From Raillietiella orientalis (lineage: Eukaryota): a DNA stretch of 64,000 nucleotides. A program made the translations under genes and the position numbers. Of the stretch, positions 50,511 to 62,329 are shown piece by piece. Under the pieces are notes generated by a model. It saw only the letters and a program-made list of their open reading frames with translations. It made no database searches and had not been told where the DNA came from. The stretch is from positions 992,001-1,056,000 of the forward strand of contig JAYWIR010000044.1 of NCBI GenBank assembly GCA_036172245.1, written 5' to 3'. The number at the start of each line of letters is the position of its first letter. The stretch's first letter is position 1.

Positions 50511-52049
50511 AGGAACGCGGTGCAGCCGGTAGACGGAACCGTGAAGATGTTCGCTCTCGGCAAATCAGCGGAATCGTCTCCATAGACACGGGTCCATTTA
50601 GGCTTCTACTACTGGCTGCGTGACCTCCCTAGCCCTTCAAGGCTAATATCGGAGCGATGCAGTCAGTCTCAGCCTGGAATCCGACTTCGGCATCTATCGA
50701 ATGTTCCTGGCAGGATGCAGCTAGCCAGAAGGGCGCCGGCAGCTCTTCCCCACTTCTATAGTCATTCAAGGAGGAAGGATCCTTGATAACAACTTCCGGT
50801 TTCTTCTATTCGGAGCGAGAGAAAGATGTGTCACGATGGCATGCTCTCGCGAATCGGTTGACAAGAGAAAGAGAAAACTGGTCGTTGTCCAGGTACGCAG
50901 GAATGCTGTCGGCTAGCCGAAGTCACCGGTCCAGTCGCGATCCCGTCTCTCTTTGGAAAGTATAGGGATCTGATGAGTGCAGCTTTCAGCCTCTCTTAAC
51001 CCTTCTGTACTTTCAGCTGGTCCATCTGACTCTCTGCTCACGTACAGAAATCACAAGACGAATGGCAGGCGAAGAGGGAAGAAAAGCAGTCAGTCTCTCT
51101 CTGCTGCGTGACTTGGAATCCGGTGCCTTGGAGTGAAATATGCGCACAGACGCGTTGAAGAGGGAAGAAAGAAAAAAAACATGACCAAAGGCTGGGATTT
51201 TCGAACTTTTTGGGAGAAAGGGGGGATCGTAAAAGCTCCCGTGTGGGGCATGCACAAGAGAAAAATGCTCAACCTACACGCGTGAAGGTGCCAGGAAGAA
51301 GTTTCCTCGCAACAGTTTCACGCTATGAACTTCCGGATGGAGATCTGGAGAAGTGCACATGTTTCGCTGCCTTTCGGCAACGTTCTCTTTACGAAATAGG
51401 GAACCCCGTGACTTCCATGTAGCCACCCAAACACGAGAGCCAACGTCCGCAGAAATAGAAAATCCGCCAGCCTATCTACCCGAGAAAATTTATCCTTGCA
51501 CCCCACCCAACGCGTCCTCCTTGCACGCATCCGTACCCAAAGTGCAAAAGTTATCTTCAGAGATAAAGTTGGAAACAAATTCAAATTTTTCACTGCTACG
51601 CATTGGGCGTAGGCTAAACATCGCAGTTTCGCAACAATGATCAATATGTTTTTGCGGAAGCAACAGTGCGCACAGTTTTCTCGTGGAGGCAACAATGAGT
51701 ATATTCTTGACAAAAAAGCAACAATGAATGGGGACTTGATCGAGAGCAGAGACAGATGGGTTTCCAGACGCTGCCGACCGTTCCTTTCCTGTTTCCTCGT
51801 TAAACAATGTCTCCGAGAAGAGCATTGGCTCCAGCTGACCATCGCTGAGGCACGCGAAGACAACGAAACGCCCTCCAGTGCACCTGTCTGATCAGCTTCG
51901 ATCTGTACCATCCTCTCGCGTTTGCAAACCATCCAAAATCCTCTCTCACTTCTCACGCTCTCTCAACATCGGCGATGGCAGAATCCTTTTAGGGACTCAC
52001 ACAACAAGATGGCGTTTGAAGCATCCACTAAATGCGCGTAGAAAACAAA

Positions 52050-52900
52050 ATTTTTTTATGCCTTTCTTTTGCGCAAGGAGGACTTAGCAAATGGGCTTAG
52101 AAGGATGTGCCTGGTGATATGGGTGATTCCCTTCAACGAAAAAAAGCATAGAGGAGCCCCTGCAGTGACGTCATTGCGCAGTAAAGGTCGAATCGAAAAT
52201 ATGACGAAAGACAGACGGTTTTTTAGTTCACCCCACAATAAGAAGTAAACTGCAGTGGTTTGTGTTCCTGCACAACCCTGCAGGAGAAGGAGTTGCACAA
52301 CAGTACCGCATTCCCTGTCATCCGCAGACTCGCGCTTTCCAGGGAACCCTTTCTTAAGAGCTGCAGGCTGCAGTTACGAGCTCACGCTAGTCCGAAGCGT
52401 CTTGATTCCTCTATTGCAGTCTGCAGGGTGCGAGTCCACGAGTTCCTTGCTTGAATGAGCAGGTGCTCACAATCGTCCGGACCGGGAACCATGGAGTGAA
52501 TTCGGAAACGCAGCAAGAGAGGAGACCGTGTAACTGTGCAGTTTGGAGACTCGGTTTCTTCGCTGCATGTGAAAGAATCGTCACTCTTCCCCGTGGTTAG
52601 TAGCAGATCGCAGAATCTTGAAGATGTCATGTTGAATGCTTGGCCCCAAGAAGCAGCCTGCTGAGGCTGTTTAACTTTTGGCACATTCTTAGGCCCGTCC
52701 GCCTTCCCCTTCCGGATTCTCTCTGTTCCCATTTCCTTCCCTGGTAACTGCCGTAATGAGAAGACAACCTGCACCTTAAGGATATTCAGGGTATCGCCCG
52801 AGAGTCCTCTTATTCTCGGGGAGGAAATGGTCTTGGAACCAGGTACATGAGCGGGTGAGAACGCACTAGTTTTCTCGGTTTCCACACCAGAGTGGTGGTC
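52050..52900 (-). mobile_element. LINE linker/RT start remnant
   Basis: SMVPGPDD (~KAPGPDG) and ELKNRLSFVI. Confidence 0.35.
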
Positions 52901-53005
52901 AAAAGGTGCGTCGTCAGGCGACTGCTCACGCTAAGAGAAATGGAATAGCAGTTCCAGGTGGTAAGAAGGAAAAAGCAGAGTGGCATGGACTGCAAACTCT
53001 CTGGC

Positions 53006-53917
53006 GACACCGTTCCTTCCCGCCCTCGTTTGGAATCAAACATCAAGAGAACGAGTCTCAAAGGAGGAGTTTCTTACTGGTTGCTGCTGCCCCGAAGCTG
53101 AACGATTCCTGCTGGAATCGGGATCACGTGCTCCAGAGTCACGAATGAGTCTCATGCGCAAGGCCGTGGATTCCTTACTAGGGAAGGCTGCTGCTGTGGT
53201 AGCCAGGACGTAAAATGCCTAAGGTGCTGCCCGAAGGATCTTCCTATGAACCCTCCTCTTCGACGGAACAAGTCAATGGAGTCACTATCAGGTTCCAGAA
53301 TTCTCCAAATTGGGAGAACGCACGGCCATTCCATCCGTTTGCGGACTGCAAACTCTCTGGCGACATCCCTTGGACGGGTGTGAAGGGCGGTTACTCCAGG
53401 ATGACGTCTTTCCGAAGAAACAAGTATCGTCTCCATCATGGATGCTCAGCAGATGCGATCGTTCAGACGATAATCCCCTAGTTTTCGACACTCTTGCAAC
53501 TTCTTCATTCCCGTCGTTTTGTTCTCCTGCCAGAAACAGCTTCCTCACACCTCAGAGAAACTCCCTTTTTGGTCCCATCCGCAAACGGATGGAATGGCCG
53601 TGCGTTCTCCCAATTTGGAGAATTCTGGAACCTGATAGTGACTCCATTGACTTGTTCCGTCGAAGAGGAGGGTTCATAGGAAGATCCTTCGGGCAGCACC
53701 TTAGGCATTTTACGTCCTGGCTACCACAGCAGCAGCCTTCCCTAGTAAGGAATCCACGGCCTTGCGCATGAGACTCATTCGTGACTCTGGAGCACGTGAT
53801 CCCGATTCCAGCAGGAATCGTTCAGCTTCGGGGCAGCAGCAACCAGTAAGAAACTCCTCCTTTGAAACTCGTTCTCTTGATGTTTGATTCCAAACGAGGG
53901 CGGGAAGGAACGGTGTC
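53006..53917. repeat. 340-bp near-perfect inverted repeat (53006-53345 / 53578-53917) with a 232-bp spacer
   Basis: Manual reverse-complement comparison found one mismatch (gagtctcaaa vs gagtttcaaa). Mirrored ORFs 53215+ and 53505- in the ORF track agree. Confidence 0.98.
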
Positions 53918-54299
53918 CTGCCCCACGAGCACGTGGCAAGTGTGTGAAAAGATGGTGGCGAGCAGAGCAGAGGTCGGCACTGCGCCCGTAGCGCTGAGCA
54001 TTCTCTACGCCATCGAAACTGTTCTATTTCTTTCTTGCACCTTGTCCTAAGGAATGTGGATTTTCCTAACGCGAGTGGGTGTCCGCAAATGGCACACGGA
54101 ACGCTGTCACACCGGAATTTTGCAGCTGCTATTTTCAGCTTTTGGTGCAGATCATGGTGTCATTCAAGAGCTTCCAGCCTCGAAACTCCGCACAGCTGTA
54201 AATGCCTCAGTTATTCACCTTAGCAGCTGCCGTTTCATCAGGTTGTCATGGGGAGGATGGTGTGATGGCAGTCGGCATGTGGCAAGATCACCCTGTCCT

Positions 54300-56270
54300 C
54301 GAGGGAAGGGGGAGAGTTACTTAGGACAAACTCGCCGCAGGGATTCGAACTCACGGCGTTCGACCGGCTCTGGTGTCTCCTGTCACCCTGCCACGTATGC
54401 GGACTCGACTCCACCATCGTGCGGCGCGCTCGCTCCTTCGGAGGACACTCTAGGGCGCTCGGAAGTCGCCCTGGCCGTATCAGTTAAAGGATGACACCGA
54501 CATCCCCTTCCGAGACTGCTGTTACGCGAGGGCAGAACAGTGGTCGCTCCGGATGTTGCCGGCTCCTTCGAGACGACCTTTGTCGCTTTCGGAAGCGCTC
54601 CGGGAAGAAAATAGACCAGACGCAAGCACCCCGCTGTCTCTTCGCATCGACAGAGGGTCCCTAGCAGCTGACTTTTCAATCCCTCTGGGATCCAGATGAT
54701 GGAAATTCGCCGCGAAGGGTGGAGATTCTGCAAGCCGCATATTGACAAAATGTGGTGCCGCACAGGTGCTCCTAAGATACAGAATGACCGTGATATGAGC
54801 TGGACCCATCAATGGAGACATCAACCCGATGAAGGAAACCACTAGAACATCGAGATCCAGCAGTGGACGCGAATGCGAAGAGAGGATTTTGGAAACTGAC
54901 GCAACAGCAAAATCTGGACAGGCCGAGATGGGCAGGAAGAGAAGACGGTGGACAGTCCTCTCCCATTTATCCTGCGCAATCCCTCTGCTCACTCAACAAA
55001 CAGAGCTGCTTCTTTCGCAGGTCGTAGTCGCAATGTTTTGGCATCGGCATCCTGAGAAGCAGCTTCTCTTCTGTTTCATCGTCCAGTCCTTAAAGCCGCG
55101 TCTCAGGAGCACTTCGCGGCTCCATCGGAGCAAAGACACTATCCACGCACACCTGGAGGCGATCCACTTACGAGATCGCGATTACGTGCAGCGACTCGAT
55201 ACGAAGGCGTCTTCCGCAACTTCCGTCGCGTCTTCGACCGCGCCGGATAGGTTCTTGTCGGCACAGAACCTCCAATCCTGCGAGAGATGTCCATGAACCG
55301 CAGCGTTCCTCCTCGAAGTCTCGCACAGGTCCACCTCCGCAGTTCGAATCCTGAACCCAAATTCTCCATTGAGCTGAGCCTTCTTGCATGAGTCACACCG
55401 CCGCGCGGAACTGTGGGTCGCCCTTCCACGCGTGAACCGACTACGTAGGTCTGCGCTCGTTGATTCGGAGAATGTCCCAGGCGCTATCTCCAGGAAACGC
55501 TTGTGCTGTGTCAAATGTTAAGGCGACAACGCTTTCTTGAAGACTGCATGGTTCTTAGCCATCTATACCACGAAATACTGCCTCGAAGACTGTAAGGTTC
55601 TTTGACATCCTATGCTTCGGTGTATTGCCCTGAAGACTATAGAGACCTTTGCCCTCCTATTCTATAGAATGCTGCCTCAAAGAATATAAGGTTCTTGGCC
55701 ACCCAATCCTATAGAATCCTGCCTTGAAGACCGTAGAGATCTTTGCTATCCTATTCTATAGAACGCCGCCTTAAAAAATATAGGGCACTTGGCCACTAGA
55801 TTCTATGGAATGCCGCTTCAAAGAATATAGAGTTCTTAACCAACCAATGGGCCACCCAATTCCATGGAGTGTTGTTTTGGAGACCGTAGAGATCTTTGCC
55901 ACCTAATCCATCCACAGAGCTGCTTCTTTCGCACGTCGTAAGAATTTTCAGCCGCTGCAAGGCATCGCTACTCTTGTGATTTCGATGACCTTCTGAAGGA
56001 TGGGCTCACGACAACCAGGCGAGCTGGCTGTTGAGAGCGGAAGGCAGACGGCGTGGTTCCAATGGTTTCTTCCTTTTCCTTCGCCCGCCTTCCGGGAAGC
56101 TGCCTGTGCGTTTCTCTACGGGCAGCGGAAGGGGTCGATTGTGACGAGGCTGAGGACATGACCGTCCCGAAGAGACGACTGAACGCCGGAAGGATGCTTC
56201 CGGCCGCTCCTTCCACCGCCCGTGCGCCGCCTTCTTCATGCAGCCGGCCGAGTCGCTCTGGCACACCCTG
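54300..56270 (-). mobile_element. LINE APE remnant interrupted by the minisatellite cassette (paralog of 24180-25460)
   Basis: AARRETH (~LQETH) and GNIRSDH. DNA homology to 24180-24760 and ~25100-25300 in inverted orientation. Confidence 0.6.
55531..55913. repeat. Degenerate 47-bp minisatellite, ~8 units
   Basis: A gaagac/aaagaa anchor recurs at 55539, 55585, 55632, 55679, 55726, ~55773, ~55820. Some units carry ATTCTATAGAAT or near variants. Confidence 0.9.
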
Positions 56271-58549
56271 GCAAGTAGCCGAAGACGGCTGAAGTCATGA
56301 TTCATTGTCTCGCGATTGGCAGCGTTTCGTCCCACCTCAGTCACCGTAAGCAGGATCGGTTCAGAAGGGGTCAGCAGGTGGCGTTCTTGTTCAATGCCAG
56401 CTCGGAAGCTTTCGTTCTTCGCCCGCAGTATCGGCTCTTCCGTTCGTGCTTGCGGAGAAAGGCGAGAGACACGAAAGTGAGTTTCTCCTTCCTGAAGGGC
56501 GTTTCAAAGCAGTCTGAGATTGACGAGGCTGGAATGCCGGAGGGCACTGTGGCATGACCATGGTCTTTGAAATGGAATGCGCTGGCTGGAGAACAGCACC
56601 TGCGGCCGTGTCCGCCAATCCCATTCGATCCCTTTTTGGCGGGAAAGACTCTGTCAACAATGGGTACCGTCTGTTATGGACCGCAATGCTGAGAAAAGTC
56701 AGCGAGACGTGAGGGACTAAGAGAGGGCCGCAGAGGGGCTCTCTGAGGAAGGAAAATCCTAAGCGGGCTTCAGCAAGCGGTCCAGTGGCGAGGAAGGAGG
56801 GAAGACAGAACGTCGCATGCGACCTTGCAGGCCACGCGGCCGCTTCCTTGAGCGGCTCGTGACGACATTCGCCGCCCCCCCCCACTCAGCCTGCGACGGA
56901 AACGCGCACGGTCGGCACGCACGAGCGCCTCCAGGCTTCCGCTGCATGGCACAGACTGCACATGGATAACCGGGATTCATCATTAACTCACAATCGACCC
57001 CAGTTTCTTTCTCCGTTCCGAAAACAGCGTCCCGGTTTCCCTAGAGATCCACGGCGCTCTCCAGCGCAGATACTCGCGCAGCAACCTCTTCCTATGGAGC
57101 TTGGCTCCTATGGAGTGGGAGTCCGCGTCTGGCGGCAGTTTTTCCGTACCTTCCTGCTCCGCTCATCACGCGACTCGTCCCAACTCCCGTCGAAAGTTCC
57201 TCCTCCGAGCTTCGAAGCACCCTCGTGCCCGTCTCTCGGATGAAGGAGGTGCCACCGACTTCGGCACATCCTCGAGGCGGAAGGGGGAAAGGGGAGCACA
57301 GACTTTCCATCTTCGTATCTTCTGCGCGCGCGCACGCGCTTGCTGAGTCCTCGAACCTTGAGGTCCCGAATGGGTTTCCCAGGGGACACCGCCTGGCGCC
57401 CCGAGAGAGGTGGACCAATGGCGACGCCATGAGGTCGTCCAGGATGCCTGCAGGCGGCGCACTCGAATGGTCGCTACCCTTCCCTCTTCCTCCCCTGCTG
57501 ATCCCGCAGGCATGCGGCAAACCCGGAAGCAACACGGCAACAACAACGCTAGCTGCTCACCCGGACGGAACCTATTCCTGGGCGCTGCTGTGGCAGAGGA
57601 AGCTTTGCGCTCCCTTGAGAAGTCCGCGATGGCGCTTCTTCTGCGCTTTGTCGGGGGACAACGGGAGGGGAACGGGGAGGAGAGCAAACACTCAGGCGGG
57701 AGCAACACTTTGGCGGAGCTGAAGCGTAGGAGAAGACTCCGTCGGGAGAATTTGTTTGCCTTTTTTTCTTTCTTCTTCTTTTTTCCCTCTCCTCTTCCTT
57801 TCCCCAGTAAATAAGAGAGTTCGAGGCCGTCGAAAAAGGAGCGCGTGGAAGAGCCCGGGTAGCACTCGCCTGGTTCCACGGGGGACGCATCTGCGCACGT
57901 CCGGCGCGCGGCAGCGGAGCGGACGGCGTCGGGAAAATCGATAACCGCCTGCCGCCGGCGTGCGCGCAGCAGCAGCAGCAGCAGCCGTGTCCGAGCGAGC
58001 AGCCGTCCGGCCCGGGACGAGGAATCCGGAAGCGTCCTCGAAAGGGCATCCAGCCTCCTGGTCCCCTTCCCCGTGGAATGAAGGTTCCCCGACCGGGGGG
58101 AGCAGAACGGACGCCGTCCGCCCCGTCAGTTTTTTCGAGGAGGCGGCCCATCGCCTAGGCGCCCGGGGCGCGAAACGCACACCGCGCGCCGGTCAGCCGT
58201 TCGCTGCAGATCCGCTGTGCCGAGAGGAGAGAGATCGCTTCTATCCCTGCGGGGGACCGCCGGGATGTTGCGGGACGAAGGACTCGGCGCCGTCGAGGGT
58301 GTCTGCCGCGGTTCGCGGTCTCCCCTCTCTGCCCCCGTGGAGTCGCGCCGTATTCCAAGGGTGACCGCCGAGGAATCCAGCAGCCGCCGTGGAGCCAAGG
58401 GCGACGCATGCGATCAGCACTCCGTTGCCTGCGTTACAATCGATGCACCGTCCGGATGCATCTCGCGCAGCATCCCAACCTGGTGTTCCACAGCGGGCGC
58501 GTCCTGGATTTCGACTGAGCCGAACACACGCTTTGCTTGTTCACTGCAT

Positions 58550-59747
58550 GTTTTTGGTCACTGTTTTTAATACGTGCTATTTTTCGTGTTCCGGTCCATT
58601 TGTTCTGAACTTCGTTTGGTCCAGCCGTGCCATCGATTCGATGTAGCTCTTTCCCATGGATCTCAACCGGTCCACTTTCCCTTTTAATTAAGTCATCGTG
58701 TGTTTGAATCAGTGTGCCGCCTCTCCCTACGTTTTCCTATCATACTGTAATTAACGGCAGCTGTGTCTTTTCAGCGATTCATCCTTTGTCTGCTGCTTGT
58801 TTCCTATCCGGTTTTTTTTTTTTTTTTTTTTTTAAATTCATCCCGCGGGATTTTCAGTTTCTCCTTCAGATGGTTCGGTTGGCGCGCGTTTTTAAAACAA
58901 AAATCCGTGGAGTCACAGAAGTTCAAATGCATGCCTTCCGGCGTGTCACTTTCTACGGATTCCATTTCAAAAAATTTAATGTGTTACATCTTGACCGATG
59001 TACTTTCACTGGTGTACTGTGTACCTACGGTTCATCCGCCACCGATTCCTTTTTTTTCCCGTTTCTTCCTGTGCACCCACTCATTTTCCCTTAATTAGAG
59101 TGTCCTTCGAGGTTGGTCTCAAGTTACTCACCTTCACCAATGGAGGGGAAATATTATTTTCTCAAGGAACGGCATCCCACGTTTTGATCAACTGGCCGTG
59201 CAATTTAATCACTTATTTATTTCGACCGGTGCTTCATCACATTTTATTCCATGATCCATTGTGGCACTGAATCAATGCCATTTGGGCCTTACATTATTTC
59301 TGATGAATTGAAATTCCATCAATGCATTCACTTTCACTGATTTATCATGATTTTCATGAGTTTTTTTTGAACCATTCCCACACACATTCAATTTTTTATT
59401 CATTTAATCACTGCACCTGGTATTTTGATCAACTTATTACATATTGAAGCCAATTCCCTATGCATTTGGATTACTTATACATTCTGATTACTGTTGCACC
59501 ATGCTTTTCATCCCAATTTGGATTCATTATGGATGGAATTAATGCTCCCTGTGCTGTGAATGTGTTTCATGTGCTCAAATTCATCCAAGACACACTCAGC
59601 AGCTAAATTATCATGCATTCTAATAAATTTGTGATTCCTTTACACATTCCCAACACATATTTTAATTTTTTTCCTCAATTTCATTCATGCTTTCTGTATT
59701 TTAATTGATTTCTTTGATACTTTAATTATCCTCCCATACATTAATTG

Positions 59748-59786
<39 letters not shown>

Positions 59787-60540
59787 CAGCTAGTCTTTTA
59801 CCACACTTTCCATTCTGCAATTGAATTGTACATCATATCAATGCATTCTATACCTTAAGTTGCTTTTGATGAATTGAAATTCAACCCATATCTATTTGTC
59901 ATGCATTTTCTTGAGTGACTTTCTTTTACCCATTCCCACACACATTGAATCTTTTACTCATTTAATCAATTTATTACATATTCTGATCAATTCCCTATGC
60001 ACTTGGAATACATTCTGATTACTGTTCCACCATGCTTTTCATCCCAATTTGGATTCATTGTGGAAGTAATTAATGCCCCCTGTGCTGTAAATGTGTTTCA
60101 TGTTCTCAAATTCACCCAATACATACTCAATAGCTAAATTATCGTGCATTCTAATAAATGTGTGATTTCTTGACACATTTCCAACAAACGTTTCCATTTT
60201 TTCCCCTCCCTTTAAATGAATGCCCTCTGGACTTTCATGCACTCAAATTCATCAACTAAATTATGATGCATCTTAACAAATTCGTGAACTTTTTCCATTT
60301 CCCTTCACATATTGAAATTCTTCTTCTTCCTTTAAGTAATGCACTCCGTGTTTTAATTGATTTATTACACATTTTCATTCACTCATCACGTATTTCCGTT
60401 GATTTATCGCAAGCTTTGATCAACTTTTGTTTGAAGCCATTCGCTGCGCCCACTCCGTTTCGGTACAGTACATCCCACGTTTCAACGAACTGCACATGTA
60501 TTGAACGTACGCTGTATTTCCACACACATTTCGGGGCACA
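58550..60540. other. AT-rich island with an internal tandem duplication (probable DNA-transposon-derived insertion)
   Basis: Sharp compositional drop between very GC-rich flanks; 59301-59660 is duplicated at 59867-60192. Confidence 0.65.
59750..59781. repeat. (TA)n microsatellite, ~15-16 units
   Basis: Direct inspection. Confidence 0.97.
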
Positions 60541-61091
60541 CTTGACTTCCGTACGCTCGCCTGGCCCGCGTACACTCGCGCGCACCCTCGCCCCATGCGT
60601 GAGACGTCCACGTGCGATCGCGCGCGCGCTGCTTGATTGACCTCACGCACGGCGCCAGCCTGACCTCCGCGATTTTGTGCAGGGGCGCGGGCGCCGCCAC
60701 CCCCTCCTCCCATCCAGCCGGGGTCTCCTTCCCCTCCCCGGACCTGCTTCCCGAGCCAACCCCAGGCTGCGGCACAGAATGCGCGGGTGCCTTCACCGGC
60801 GGCGAGCGACGGCGCCACCAGGAGCCAACCGGGCGGCGCCAGGGCTCTCCACCGGCTCGCCAAGTGAGCTTTCGAGAAAGACCGCGGAAGAGGCAGAAGA
60901 AACGATCCCGAGGTTGTGTGACTGTGCCCCCCTCCCTCTCCCAGACCTTTGCTCCCGCGAAGCTTGCCCTCCCGTTCTTTTTCCTTCCTCCCCTCCTTTA
61001 AGGAAGGACGCCCGGAGAGGGCGAACCCCACTCTCCGCCCGCAAAGGAAGCGCCGCGGAGAGTGGGGTTGAGTGCGTGGGTCTCCTTTTAC

Positions 61092-61355
61092 CTGAGGGTC
61101 GGCAGCTCCGCGCCGGCCGCGGTCTCCTCCTTCGTACCGGAAGCTGTGGCTGAGGCGGACGGAGTTGTGGCCGCGGTCCCTGCAGCAGCAGCCGCTCCCC
61201 CGGATGCGGTCACGAAGGGCAGCGCCCCAGCTCTTCTTCCTCCTCCTCTTCCTCCTTCTCCTTTTCCTCCTGGAGTGGTCAGCAGCACTTCTCTCCGCCC
61301 GAAGCAGCGCGGCCTCGATCCTGAACAGCGCCCTCTTTAAGTCGTCCGACACCAT
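61092..61355 (-). CDS. Candidate first coding exon or gene fragment of unknown function
   Basis: gccATGG start, 88 codons (MVSDDLKRALFRIEAALL...RRKRRRRKRRRKK...DPQ), then a CAG|GTAAAA phase-0 donor. No downstream exon found. Confidence 0.22.
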
Positions 61356-62329
61356 GGCGCTGCTGCGCCTTTGCGTCGCTGCCACCGCCGCTGCTGCTGT
61401 TGCAGGTCCACCCGTCGCAGCCGAGGCACGTCGCACGCGCGCACAAACTGCGCTTCAGAGGATCCTTCGTGGAGGCATCGTCCGCGATGTGTGGGAGGGC
61501 AAGGCTGAGCGGAGCGGTGGCACAGAACCGCCAAGTGGTGGTGGCGGGACCCGACGGTTCACGATCGGGCGCGAGCGCCTCCCGCCCGCTCTGAAGGGGG
61601 GCCGCGCGCACCTCGTCCCGAGCCTGCTGAGGCGGTCGCTGCTCTGCGCCTGCGCGATGGCCGCGGCGGCCGCCGCCGGTGAGCCTCGAAGGAGCCGCGA
61701 GCGCGGTGAGCTCCGCCGCTTCGGATCCGCCCGTTCTCTCGGAGAGACGCGTGTCGCTGGCGCTTGCGCCACTAACGTCGCATCCTCCCCCCCCCCCCCC
61801 CGGACCACGCTTGGTCCTCCTCCGCCCTCTCCCCCAGCACTTCACCGCCACCGCCACCTCCTTTCTTTCTTGACTTCGTGTCTCGCCCGCGTCCAACCGA
61901 AAGCGCCCCGCCTTCGCCAGTCCGCCTCATGCGGCGCGCAGGAGCGCCCTCGCGTCGGAAAGCGATCCCCGGAGCGCGAAAGGAGGCGCAGCTGACGAGG
62001 AAAGTTCCCTCCTTTTCCCAACGCCGCCCCCACAGAGTTCCCTCGATGCCAAGTGGCGTGGCAGTCCCCCTTCCTGCCGCGCATCGCACCTCCACTTCCT
62101 CCCCCATCCGGGACGCCTGCATCTCTTCTCCCCTTCAGCTGACGGACGAAACGATCAGCCGCCGCTGGGTCACTCCCTACGCTCGGGCCCACCGCAAGAA
62201 TCCCCCCGGCAGCAGACCTAAGCGATGCGAGCGACCGCAGAGCCCCTATCGTGGAACGCTGCCGCAACGAGCCACCACGAAAAACCGTCGAACCCCCTTG
62301 GGACCCTGAGGACTCCGCGGGATTACCCG

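Noticed and set aside
55531..55913. CRISPR-like array with palindromic repeats
   Set aside because: Whole 47-bp units are homologous and degenerate, with no repeat/spacer alternation.
58155..58175. Helitron 3' end (CTAG plus GC hairpin)
   Set aside because: The hairpin abuts the CTAG rather than lying ~10-12 nt away, and such palindromes are common at this GC content.
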